From Minisyncoccia bacterium (GTDB lineage: Bacteria; Patescibacteriota; Minisyncoccia; UBA6257; JAAZHW01), in assembly GCA_041550235.1 (NCBI GenBank), contig JBFEPE010000005.1, positions 1 to 49,062 of the forward strand: DNA of 49,062 nt, written 5' to 3'. How positions within the stretch are numbered: position 1 is the stretch's first letter; each line of letters opens with the position of its first letter. A program made the translations under genes and the position numbers. Below are positions 29,476 through 38,951 of this stretch, in pieces. The notes under the pieces were generated by a model. That model had not been told where the DNA came from, made no database searches, and saw only the letters and a list, made by a program, of their open reading frames with translations.

Positions 29476-29793
29476 CTAATTGCTTGTGATGTGTAGGTGG
29501 ATATGAAAAACTTCTTGACCACCACCCCTTCCGACATTAAATTGAAGTTTATAACCTTTTTGATAAAAATTCAAGTCCCTTGCTGTTTTTGCTGCGACAA
29601 GTATTAACTTGCCAATCAATTCTACATCATTTTTTTCTAAGTCGTCTATCGTAGCGATGTGTTTTTTGGGAACAACCAATAAGTGAATTTTTGCTTTTGG
29701 GTTGGCATCTTTAAAGATAATCAAATCGTCATCTTCAAAAATAATTTCAGATGGAATTTCCTTATTTATTATTTTACAAAATACACACTCCAT
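29476..29793 (-). CDS. HIT-family (Hint) nucleotide hydrolase
   Basis: CVFCKI, HLLVVPKKH, GQEVFHIHLH. Confidence 0.95.
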   Translation of the reverse strand: MECVFCKIINKEIPSEIIFEDDDLIIFKDANPKAKIHLLVVPKKHIATIDDLEKNDVELIGKLILVAAKTARDLNFYQKGYKLQFNVGRGGGQEVFHIHLHITSN

Positions 29794-29801
29794 TTTTTAC
29801 T

Positions 29802-29890
29802 TTGCCCGCCATAGCCCGCCAGAGGCGGATATTCTACCTTGGCGAAGGCGGGTTATTTATTTTCCTGCCCGCCCGCCTTTGGCGGGCGAA
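29802..29890 (-). repeat. CCCGCCTTCG element with a nested 22-nt insertion, plus an adjacent palindrome
   Basis: CCCGCCTTCGCCAAGG[TAGAATATCCGCCTCTGGCGGG]CTATGGCGGGCAA then AGTAAAAA-ATG. Confidence 0.8.
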
Positions 29891-30078
29891 TAGAATACTT
29901 CTTTGATTACAACATCGCCACTCCTCCGACAAAGTCGGAGGAGTATAAAATTAATTTATTATTAATATAGCATATATTTTTATTTCAGTAAAGAACGGGA
30001 AGGCGACACACCCCCATGGAGTGGGGGAGTGTGATGAGCATTATTTGGCAAAGAGCAAGCATTGACAAAAAAATCCCC

Positions 30079-31524
30079 TCACGGGAGTGAGGGGATTTTG
30101 ATGGTGAATTTTGTTCCTGATGAATCGCTACTCTCTACAAATATTTTGCCCTTAAAATCTTTTTCTATAATTCCCTTCACAATAGCCAATCCAATACCAA
30201 TTCCATCTTTATAATTTTTTGTAGAGAAAAATGGATTGAAAATATTTTTCAAATTTTCCTTACTTATTCCAATGCCGTTGTCTTTAACTGATATTACCAC
30301 ATCTCCATTATCACGAGTTAATCTCACAATTATTTTCTTATCAAAATCATTTGCCACCCTCATATCGCGATACGAATCAATGGCATTGCTTATCAGATTA
30401 GCCATCACTTGACTAAACTTTACCGGATTTCCAATAATACTAATTTTCTCATCACTCAAAAAATCAACTTCTATTTCAAATTTTCTAATCTTATAACTCA
30501 ATATTTCTATTACTTGAGAAATTTCTTTGTTCAAAGAAAATTTTCTCTTAATTTCTTTTTGGCTAATTTGTTTCTTTACTGCCAAAACAAAACCTTCTAT
30601 TCTTTTTGTCGTAGAGACTGCTCTATCTAAATAAAATTTTGCCTCACTGAAACTATTTGAATTATCTTCTTTCAATTTTTGAATATTTAAAGAAAGGGCA
30701 GTGAGCGGATTTATTAAATCATGAAATAATCCAGCAGATATTTTTCCTAATTCTGAAAATCTATAAAGTTGGCTCATCTGTTTCATTTGTGCTTCTCGCA
30801 ATTCTCTTGTTCTCTCCTCAACCCTTCTTTCCAAAGATGCCTTTTCTTTCCTCAATGCTTTTTCCGACCGCCTCGCCCTTTTCAATGATTTCTTTATCTC
30901 CCGATTAGACAGCCACGAGATTATTGTGATAATAGATAGAATAATTATATAAATTATTATATCACTATTATCTAAAGATTTATTTTTCCATGAATCATCA
31001 AAAATTATTAAATTTTTTACCTGCAAATAATTTATTACATACATCAAGAGCGAGGTGGCCATTAAGAAAACAAATGCGAGGCGAGAACTAATCAAAATGC
31101 TTGCCATAACAATCACTAATGAATAAAAGATTAAAACTGCTGGCAAGTCTGTTCCCCAATGATAATTTGCATAACCCACCAACAAGAAAAAGAAAGAAAT
31201 AAAAAGATAAGAAGAAATTTTTGCCAAACCGAATCTCGATAATAAATATATGACGACAAAGAATAAGAAAATAGAGCCGAATAAAAGCAAAGAAAATCCC
31301 GTGTATTCATCAGGTGTCGTTGATTTTTCAATAACAGCCCCTATAAACCCAACTCCATAAAGAATAATAATCCCCAACAACAAAATATTTAAAATAAATT
31401 CTCTTCGGGCGGAATCCTCATTTCTTAATCTTGGTCTTATTAATTTTTCAAACAAAAAACGAGCACTTCCCAAGAGTGTCTTTTTAAATTTCAAAAAAAT
31501 TTCTTCTCTTGGGAAGTTGCTCAT
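30079..31524 (-). CDS. Membrane-bound sensor histidine kinase
   Basis: About six TM helices, H-box FHDLINP, N-box NAID, DNGIG, F-box, GIGL. Confidence 0.93.
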   Translation of the reverse strand: MSNFPREEIFLKFKKTLLGSARFLFEKLIRPRLRNEDSARREFILNILLLGIIILYGVGFIGAVIEKSTTPDEYTGFSLLLFGSIFLFFVVIYLLSRFGLAKISSYLFISFFFLLVGYANYHWGTDLPAVLIFYSLVIVMASILISSRLAFVFLMATSLLMYVINYLQVKNLIIFDDSWKNKSLDNSDIIIYIIILSIITIISWLSNREIKKSLKRARRSEKALRKEKASLERRVEERTRELREAQMKQMSQLYRFSELGKISAGLFHDLINPLTALSLNIQKLKEDNSNSFSEAKFYLDRAVSTTKRIEGFVLAVKKQISQKEIKRKFSLNKEISQVIEILSYKIRKFEIEVDFLSDEKISIIGNPVKFSQVMANLISNAIDSYRDMRVANDFDKKIIVRLTRDNGDVVISVKDNGIGISKENLKNIFNPFFSTKNYKDGIGIGLAIVKGIIEKDFKGKIFVESSDSSGTKFTIKIPSLP

Positions 31525-31734
31525 TTTAAATTAATGCCAAGGCATAAATAAATCAGAGGTCGTGCCTAGAATCAAAGGCAAAAACGAAACTTTTCGAACA
31601 GACTTGCTGGTAAGGATTTTTTTAATAATCTCCTTCATATTCAATTTTCTGATTGAAATTAATCAATCATGGGTTTTTAATTTTCGACTTTTTTGCCTCT
31701 GATAAGGGCATCAAAATAGCCTTTTACTGGAAAA

Positions 31735-32406
31735 TTAATTTCCATCTATCTTATAACCTCTTCCCGGCACCGTTTTTATTAATTTTGTCTTCTTATTGCC
31801 ATCAATCTTTTTCCTAAGATTGAGTATATGCATTCCAATAACTCCCGAATTCTTTTTCAAATTTTTCCCCCAAATTCTCTCAGTAATCATTGCGCGGGAT
31901 ACCATTTTTCCTTCATTCTCCATCAAATATTCTAATAAATAAAATTCTTTTTGCGTGAGGGATATTTCCTTGTCGCCCCTCTTTACCGAGCATGCATCCC
32001 TGTCTAATAATAAATCGCCAACTAAAATCTTATTACCCTTCATTTCACTTGACCTGCGAATCAGAGCATTTATTCTTGCCAATAATTCTTTGAAAGAAAA
32101 TGGTTTTGTTAAATAATCATCTGCTCCAGCCGAAAGAAGGTCTATCTTGTCGCTCACCCCCGATTTAACTGATAGCATTATAATTGGCACCGTTCTGCCG
32201 GATTGTCTTGTTTGTTGGCAAACCCATTTGCCATCTTTCTTTGGCATTGAGTAATCCAATACAACTAAATCATAATGATTATTCATTATCATTTGGATTC
32301 CCTTTTCTCCATTGTCGGCGACATCTACTAAAAAACCTTCGGCTTCTAAGCTAATTGATAAGAATTCTAAGATTCCTACTTCGTCATCAATCAATAATAT
32401 TTTCAT
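31735..32406 (-). CDS. OmpR/PhoB-family response regulator
   Basis: Receiver (IDDE, LD, GADDYLTKPF) plus winged helix (TVPGRGY). Confidence 0.96.
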   Translation of the reverse strand: MKILLIDDEVGILEFLSISLEAEGFLVDVADNGEKGIQMIMNNHYDLVVLDYSMPKKDGKWVCQQTRQSGRTVPIIMLSVKSGVSDKIDLLSAGADDYLTKPFSFKELLARINALIRRSSEMKGNKILVGDLLLDRDACSVKRGDKEISLTQKEFYLLEYLMENEGKMVSRAMITERIWGKNLKKNSGVIGMHILNLRKKIDGNKKTKLIKTVPGRGYKIDGN

Positions 32407-32568
32407 ATTTAATATTGAAGTTTAAATTATGAATATGGGATATTGAGAAAGTTTGATATTATCCCTTCTCAATATTTTGTGTGACTTAAAAATATTTTTT
32501 TGATATTAAATTCTAAATAAATAAAACATCCTTATTATTAAAGCATATTTTTCCCCTTTTTTAAATGG

Positions 32569-32577
32569 TGTGGATAA
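32569..32577 (-). promoter_or_regulatory. Perfect DnaA box upstream of polA
   Basis: TGTGGATAA about 50 bp upstream of the extended -10 TGCTATAAT (32624-32632). Confidence 0.5.
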
Positions 32578-32639
32578 TTTATAAATAAAAAAATCCCTCT
32601 GCTTTTATGATTAAATTAAATAATGCTATAATTTAAATA

Positions 32640-35246
32640 ATGAAAGAGACAAAAAAATTGGTTATTATTGATGCTCATGCTCTAATCCACCGCTCCTTCC
32701 ATGCCCTACCACCATTCACATCACCCGAAGGCAAGCCAATTGGAGCAGTTTTTGGCACGGCTAGAATTTTAATAAAATTGATTAAAGATTTAAATCCGGA
32801 CTATATGGCCGCCTGCTTTGATTTGGCAGACCCAACATTTCGTCATCAAGAATTTGAAGATTATAAGGGAAAAAGAGAGAAAGCACATGACGATTTAATT
32901 GCTCAATTTGAACCAGCAAGAGAATTATTTGAGACAATGGGAATACCCCAATTTGAAAAACCGGGATTTGAGGCCGATGATTTAATTGGCTTTTTAGTGA
33001 AAAAATTTAAAAATGTCACTGATAAAATAATAATTGCTACAGGCGACTTAGACACACTTCAATTAGTTGATAATGATAAAGTTATTGTTTATACCCCCAA
33101 GAAGGGGCTTCAAGAAACAATGTTCTATGATGAAAAAGCAGTATTTGAAAGATATGAACTTTTGCCATCCCAAATGAATGACTTTAAGGGATTGAAGGGC
33201 GATCCATCCGACAATATTCCCGGAGTGATTGGAATTGGCGAAAAAGGAGCAATCAAAATTTTGAAAAAATTTAATAATTTAGAAAATTTATATAAAGAAA
33301 TAGAATCGCCGAATTTTAAAACAGATAAAATCATCACAGATAAAATAAAGGAAAAACTTTTGAGTCAGAAAGAGCAAGCAATGTTTAGTAAATATTTAGC
33401 GACAATAGAAACAAATATTGACATTGAGGCAAATTTGGAAGATTTAAAATTTGAATTTCCATCAAAAGAAAAAATATTACCCCAATTAGAAAAATGGGGA
33501 TTTAATAGTCTTATAAAGCAATTAGAAAATAGTTTTTTTAACTCAGAAAGCAATAAAGAATCATCTGCTCAACAAAAAGAAGTTGAAGAATTTATTATTT
33601 CAGAAAAAATTGACGAATTATTAAATTTAATATCAGAGGAAAAAAATTTAGTTATTTATTTTGATGACGAAAAAAAAGAGATTAGCATTCTTTTGAAAAA
33701 TAAAGATAAGAGATTTTTGATTTCTGCCAATAAAGATAATCTAAAAAAATTAGAGCCAATTTTATCAGATAAAGAAATATCGAAGGTTGGATATGACTTG
33801 AAGGAATTGATTAAATATCTTTTGAATTTTGATATAAAAATCAGCGGGATAAAAAATGATATCAAAATTTCTCAATGGCTAATAGGGTCTGATGTTAAAA
33901 AATATTCTTTGGAAGAAATTGCTCAAAAAAATGGAGTATCAATTTCTTCTTTTGTTCCCGATGGAATAAACAAAATTCATCAAAGGCAATTATCTAAAAT
34001 AAAAGATATGGGATTGGAAAATGTTTTGGGGAATATTGAAATTCCCTTGATTTCTGTTCTTTCAAGAATGGAAAAGGACGGCATTAGCATTGATGAGGAA
34101 TATTTTAAAAAGTTAAGCGAAGAAATAACTGATGAAATAATTCAATTAGAAAGGGATATTTTTAAATTATCTGGAAAAGAATTTAATATCTCATCGCCGA
34201 AGCAATTATCAGAAATTCTTTTTGAGCATCTAAAAATATCATCTAAGGGAATAAAGAAAACACCCGGCGGAGCAATTTCCACCCGAGAAAGTGAGTTGGA
34301 AAAAATGGAATCATCCCATCCTGTTATAAGGCATATTTTAAAATTTCGGGAATTATCTAAGCTGAAAAATACATACATTGATTCATTGCCCAATAATATT
34401 GATCCTAAAACAGGCCGAATACACACTACATTTAATCAGGTTGGCACTGCCACGGGAAGATTATCGTCCGAGGAACCAAATCTTCAAAACTTACCTGCCC
34501 GAAGTGATTGGGGAAAAAGAATACGGTCAGGATTTGTTTCCGGTAAAAATAAATTATTTTTAAGTTTAGATTATTCTCAAATTGAACTTCGTGTCGCCGC
34601 CTCCCTATCAAATGATAAGAAAATGATTGAGGCATTTCGAAATGGGCAGGACATTCATACCATCACGGCTTCCGAAATAAATAATGTTGAGGTGGATAAG
34701 GTAACAAAAAAAATGAGACGAGATGCAAAAACATTGAATTTTGGAATTCTTTATGGAATGGGAGCAAGAGCATTTTCTCAAACTGCTGGGGTTTCAGTTT
34801 CCGAGGCAAAAAAATTTATAGAAGAGTATTTTAAAAATTTTGAGGCGATAAAGGTTTGGCAAGAGGAGATATTAAATTTTGCTAGAAAAAATGGATTTGT
34901 GGAGACTATTTCAGGTAGAAAGAGGTGGTTGGATGACATCACTTCGTCTAATCAAAGAGTTAGGGCAATGGCGGAAAGAATGGCAATAAATTTTCCCGCT
35001 CAGGGGCTATCGGCCGATATTATCAAAACGGCAATGATTGAGATTAGTGATTTTATTATTGATAATAATTTATCTAATAATATATCTATGCTTCTTCAAG
35101 TTCATGATGAGTTGGTCTTTGAGGTTGATGAGGGTATTATTGATAAGGCGGAAAATGATTTAAAAAAAATAATGGAATCCGCCTTTTCTCTCGAGAATGT
35201 CTCTCTCAAGGCGGACTCCAAATTTGGTCAAAATTTAGGATTTTAG
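32640..35246 (+). CDS. polA: DNA polymerase I
   Basis: 5'-3' exonuclease (EADD, GDPSDNIPGV) and polymerase A motifs DYSQIELR, K..NFGILYG, QVHDE. Confidence 0.98.
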   Translation: MKETKKLVIIDAHALIHRSFHALPPFTSPEGKPIGAVFGTARILIKLIKDLNPDYMAACFDLADPTFRHQEFEDYKGKREKAHDDLIAQFEPARELFETMGIPQFEKPGFEADDLIGFLVKKFKNVTDKIIIATGDLDTLQLVDNDKVIVYTPKKGLQETMFYDEKAVFERYELLPSQMNDFKGLKGDPSDNIPGVIGIGEKGAIKILKKFNNLENLYKEIESPNFKTDKIITDKIKEKLLSQKEQAMFSKYLATIETNIDIEANLEDLKFEFPSKEKILPQLEKWGFNSLIKQLENSFFNSESNKESSAQQKEVEEFIISEKIDELLNLISEEKNLVIYFDDEKKEISILLKNKDKRFLISANKDNLKKLEPILSDKEISKVGYDLKELIKYLLNFDIKISGIKNDIKISQWLIGSDVKKYSLEEIAQKNGVSISSFVPDGINKIHQRQLSKIKDMGLENVLGNIEIPLISVLSRMEKDGISIDEEYFKKLSEEITDEIIQLERDIFKLSGKEFNISSPKQLSEILFEHLKISSKGIKKTPGGAISTRESELEKMESSHPVIRHILKFRELSKLKNTYIDSLPNNIDPKTGRIHTTFNQVGTATGRLSSEEPNLQNLPARSDWGKRIRSGFVSGKNKLFLSLDYSQIELRVAASLSNDKKMIEAFRNGQDIHTITASEINNVEVDKVTKKMRRDAKTLNFGILYGMGARAFSQTAGVSVSEAKKFIEEYFKNFEAIKVWQEEILNFARKNGFVETISGRKRWLDDITSSNQRVRAMAERMAINFPAQGLSADIIKTAMIEISDFIIDNNLSNNISMLLQVHDELVFEVDEGIIDKAENDLKKIMESAFSLENVSLKADSKFGQNLGF

Positions 35247-35291
35247 GTTTTTGAGATTTGTGTTATAAATATAAAATAAAGATAAATAAAT

Positions 35292-35364
35292 GGGCATGTA
35301 GCTCAGGTGGTAGAGCATTTCGTTGACATCGAAAAGGTCAGAGGTTCAAGTCCTCTCATGCCCA
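35292..35364 (+). tRNA. tRNA-Val(GAC)
   Basis: Cloverleaf: GGGCATG/CATGCCC acceptor, TTTCG-TTGACAT-CGAAA anticodon arm, GTTCAAG T-loop. Confidence 0.95.
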
Positions 35365-35372
35365 CTCCCTCC

Positions 35373-36422
35373 CTACCTTCTTAAATACTTATTTCTTGCT
35401 AAATTATGTTGCTCTAATGTTGCAGAGAAAATTGTTTTTCTTGTCTTTGGGTCGGAAATATAATACCAATATGAACTATCCTCTGAATTGATAGTTGCTC
35501 TAATTGCAGAAATACCAGGGTTGCCAATTGGACCAACGGGCAATCCTAATCTCGTATAAGTATTATAGGGGGAATCTTTTTTCAAATCACTATTCTTTAA
35601 GCTTCTACATCCGTAACCCTCATTCTCAATGAAGCACTTATAATAAACAATCGTTGCATCAATTTGTAGCGGCCAATTGTTCCCCAATCTCTTGTGAATA
35701 ATATCACTCACCAAAACTCTATCTTCAAAAAATGGTGCCTCTGCCTCAATTAGAGAAGCAATGATTATTGATTTTAGCAATGAGAAATTTTCTTTGTCGC
35801 TAGCTTCTTTAAAATTTGAAAAGAATTTGTCTTCAAAATTTTCTAAGAATTTTATTGCAATATCTCTTGATAGGGAATTTGTTTCAAATTCATAAGTGTC
35901 AGGGAATAAAAGCCCTTCCAAATTATTTTCCTGAGGAAATTCCCTCAAGAAACTAAACTTATCAGAAAAATCGCCGATTTTTAATTCGGTGAGTTTTCTG
36001 CCGGTGATAACTCCTTTCTCTGAGAGTTTGTTCTCAACCATTTGTATTGTCCATCCTTCAGGGATAGTAATTTTTACATTTTCTTGATTTCCTCTTTTGG
36101 TAATAATATTAGCAATTTCTCGGCTGTTGCCTCCGAATAGCAAATCATATACCCCCGGATTTATTTTTGATATCCTTCCCTTAACCAGCAAATAAAGTTT
36201 GAATGCTGATGATGACCTTATCAAGCCACTATCCTCCAACCTTTCGGCAACAGAAGAAGCTCCCTCGCCTTCCTTTATAACAAAGAGACCGTTATTGTCG
36301 GTATTTATTAGGTTGCTATCTATATTTGCTGATACAGGGCTTAATTGATAATAGAAAAATAGCCCGTAACAGGAGAATACAAATAAATAAAGTAATATTA
36401 TTAGTGAAAATAATTTTTGCAT
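35373..36422 (-). CDS. mltG: Endolytic transglycosylase MltG
   Basis: TIPEG, LEGLLFPDTY, ASLIEAE, LQIDAT, SPYNTY..GLP.GPI.NPG. Confidence 0.95.
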   Translation of the reverse strand: MQKLFSLIILLYLFVFSCYGLFFYYQLSPVSANIDSNLINTDNNGLFVIKEGEGASSVAERLEDSGLIRSSSAFKLYLLVKGRISKINPGVYDLLFGGNSREIANIITKRGNQENVKITIPEGWTIQMVENKLSEKGVITGRKLTELKIGDFSDKFSFLREFPQENNLEGLLFPDTYEFETNSLSRDIAIKFLENFEDKFFSNFKEASDKENFSLLKSIIIASLIEAEAPFFEDRVLVSDIIHKRLGNNWPLQIDATIVYYKCFIENEGYGCRSLKNSDLKKDSPYNTYTRLGLPVGPIGNPGISAIRATINSEDSSYWYYISDPKTRKTIFSATLEQHNLARNKYLRR

Positions 36423-36461
36423 ATTTTTTTGATATTAACACAATTTAAATAAAATGTCAAA

Positions 36462-37514
36462 TTATAGGAATTTGTCAATAAAGAATATCACTAATCCAAT
36501 AGAGCAGAAAATAGCAGATAAAATCCAAAATCTCATTGTGATTTGTGTTTCTGGCCAGCCCAGTGCTTCAAGATGATGGTGGATTGGGGCAGAAATAAAA
36601 ACCTTCTTTTTTCTTATTTTTTTACTTGCAATTTGAATAACGGTGGATAGTGCTTCTATTATTAAAATAAATCCAAAGAAGGGCAAGAGAAGTGAAGTGT
36701 CGGTTATCATTATTATAATTCCCAGAGTAATTCCTAATGACATTGCTCCTGTGTCACCCATAAAGAATTTTGCTGGGTATATATTGAACCAAAGAAAGGC
36801 GGCTAATCCCCCCGAGATAATTGCAGTGAGGGCGGCTAAATCATATTTTCCTTGGACGAAGGCAACTGCTCCTAATGATAAGTAAGAAAAGAGAATAGTT
36901 CCTCCTGCTAATCCATCTAATCCATCTGTTTGATTTGTGGCAAATGCGACAGCAATAATAACGGCCATAAAAAATGGGATATACCAAAATCCTAATTCTA
37001 AATCTCCTAATAGGGGAATGTGAATGCTACTCCAATCTAATTTAAAGAAAAACCAAACTGCTCCTACTAATGCGATAGCAGAGAATAGAATTATTTTGTG
37101 AGAAACTTTTAGCCCTCCTCCGCTCGGCCCTATTTTTAATATTCCTAATATATCATCAAAAAGTCCGATAAGGGCTGCGATAATCAAAGCGAATAGGGGA
37201 AGATATGTTTCTGGCCTGCTGATAAAATTTAAATATTCAAATACTCCATCAAAAAAATATGATAATATCCAAAAGATAAGTGCTAAAATTGCTGTGGTGA
37301 GCCAAATTATTATTCCTCCCATTGTTGGGGTGCCTTCTTTCTTAGAGTGGAGTTTTGTGAATATTGGTGTATCTCCATCTCCTCTTATTTGCTTGCCTAC
37401 CTTCATTTTTTTTAGAAATTTAATAAGAATAGGAGCAGAGATAATTGCTACTACAAATGATAATGTTGATAAGATTAGAATCCTTGTTAATTCACCTAAT
37501 ATTTCAAATTCCAT
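36462..37514 (-). CDS. mraY: Phospho-N-acetylmuramoyl-pentapeptide transferase
   Basis: K.GTPTMGG, DD, NQTDGLDGL, FMGDTG, APIHHH. Confidence 0.97.
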   Translation of the reverse strand: MEFEILGELTRILILSTLSFVVAIISAPILIKFLKKMKVGKQIRGDGDTPIFTKLHSKKEGTPTMGGIIIWLTTAILALIFWILSYFFDGVFEYLNFISRPETYLPLFALIIAALIGLFDDILGILKIGPSGGGLKVSHKIILFSAIALVGAVWFFFKLDWSSIHIPLLGDLELGFWYIPFFMAVIIAVAFATNQTDGLDGLAGGTILFSYLSLGAVAFVQGKYDLAALTAIISGGLAAFLWFNIYPAKFFMGDTGAMSLGITLGIIIMITDTSLLLPFFGFILIIEALSTVIQIASKKIRKKKVFISAPIHHHLEALGWPETQITMRFWILSAIFCSIGLVIFFIDKFL

Positions 37515-37520
37515 ATTTCT

Positions 37521-37550
37521 TTGCCTCGCCGAAGTTTTAACGAAGGCGGG
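37521..37550 (-). repeat. CCCGCCTTCG element upstream of mraY
   Basis: CCCGCCTTCGTTAAAACTTCGGCGAGGCAA then AGAAAT-ATG. Confidence 0.85.
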
Positions 37551-37823
37551 TTTTATTCCCGACATATAATATATTACACTATATTATTTTTTTTTGAAGG
37601 GAAAGTTTTTTGATATTAAATTTTTAAGGCATTTTGCATTCATAATACATATAAAAAAATATAGTGATTGCAAAAAGAAAAAAAGAGTAAAATCTCCCCC
37701 GCCTTAATTTCTATTTTTTAAAAATATATGTTAAAATAAAAACAAGTTGTCGCTGAATTGTGATGGGACATTCACTTCTCAGCGAAGAAAGGTCGTTTAG
37801 AAACATTAAATTAAAAACAAACT

Positions 37824-38522
37824 ATGGTTATTCAATCTTGGGCTGATGTTTTAGTGGGCTCATTTCAGGCACTTTGGGGTGGATTCGTTGGCTTTTTGCC
37901 AAACCTCATTGGTGCTTTAATTGTTTTTATTGTTGGTTTGATTATTGCTAATGGATTAGGAGTTTTAGCAAGAAAGATAATAGAAGCAATAAAGCTAGAT
38001 AAGGTATTAGAGAAAGCAGGCTTATCTAAATTCTTTGAAAGAGCTGGGTGGAGGATTAAGTCGGGTGTTTTTATTGGTGCTTTAGTTCAATGGTTCATCG
38101 TCATTGTTTTTCTTTTGGCGGCAACCGATATTTTGAAACTATACGGACTTACTAGCTTCTTGCAAGCCATACTCTTATATATCCCTAATATTATTATCGC
38201 CGTTCTTGTTATGCTCGCTGCAGTAGTTGTTGGTAATTTCTTAAGAGGATTAGTTTTGGGAGCAGTCAAGAGTGCCAAACTTCAATCAGCAAATTTTTTG
38301 GCTTCACTCACTTGGTGGACCATTTTAATTTTTGGCTTTTTTGCTGCCCTTCTTCAGTTGGGAGTAGCAGTTGCAATTGTTAATACAGTTATCACTGGAT
38401 TTATTGCTATGCTCGCTCTTGCTGGAGGAATTGCCTTTGGTATTGGTGGTCAAAAATATGCTTCTGATTTGATTGGCAGACTTCAAGGAAGATTAGAGGA
38501 TAGGAATAGGCAAAATGATTAA
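37824..38522 (+). CDS. TM-helix repeat membrane protein (CmpX / MscS N-terminal-like)
   Basis: Duplicated (F/Y).PN.I.A TM units; GIAFGIGG C-terminus. Confidence 0.8.
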   Translation: MVIQSWADVLVGSFQALWGGFVGFLPNLIGALIVFIVGLIIANGLGVLARKIIEAIKLDKVLEKAGLSKFFERAGWRIKSGVFIGALVQWFIVIVFLLAATDILKLYGLTSFLQAILLYIPNIIIAVLVMLAAVVVGNFLRGLVLGAVKSAKLQSANFLASLTWWTILIFGFFAALLQLGVAVAIVNTVITGFIAMLALAGGIAFGIGGQKYASDLIGRLQGRLEDRNRQND

Positions 38523-38551
38523 GGAGATATTATTTTCTTAATTTTTCAAAC

Positions 38552-38578
38552 CAAAGCCCCTATTTCATAGGGGCTTTG
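38552..38578. terminator. Intrinsic terminator
   Basis: CAAAGCCCCTAT-TTC-ATAGGGGCTTTG. Confidence 0.7.
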
Positions 38579-38738
38579 TTGATACCTGCAATCTGATAAT
38601 CAAACAAGACTTGGTCTTGTTTGATAATTTCATCATCACCCCTCGCTCCGCGAGGGGTGATGTATTCTTCCTTGATTTGATAATCAAACAAGACCCCCAC
38701 TTGTTTAAAAATAAATTATAATTAAAATAATAAATAAT

Positions 38739-38811
38739 GGGCACTTAGCTCAATTGGTAGAGCATCTCGTTTACACCGAGCAGGTTGGGGGTTCGAGTCC
38801 CTCAGTGCCCA
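38739..38811 (+). tRNA. tRNA-Val(TAC)
   Basis: GGGCACT/AGTGCCC acceptor, TTTACAC anticodon loop. Confidence 0.95.
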
Positions 38812-38833
38812 CTAGATTTTATAAATCTTATAT

Positions 38834-38905
38834 GCCTCGGTAGCTCAGTGGTAGAGCGAGGGCCTGAAGAGCCCTGCGTCGGGGGTTCAATTCCCTCTCG
38901 AGGCA
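38834..38905 (+). tRNA. tRNA-Phe(GAA)
   Basis: GCCTCGG/TCGAGGC acceptor, AGGGC-CTGAAGA-GCCCT arm. Confidence 0.95.
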
Positions 38906-38951
38906 CAAAGTCCCGTTCAAATCTCAATCCCCTCAAAGGTTGTGAGTACTG

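Noticed and set aside
31545-31712. c-di-GMP-I riboswitch or 6S RNA call
   Set aside because: GGCAAA is present but the remaining consensus is not; kept only as an unassigned structured-RNA candidate.
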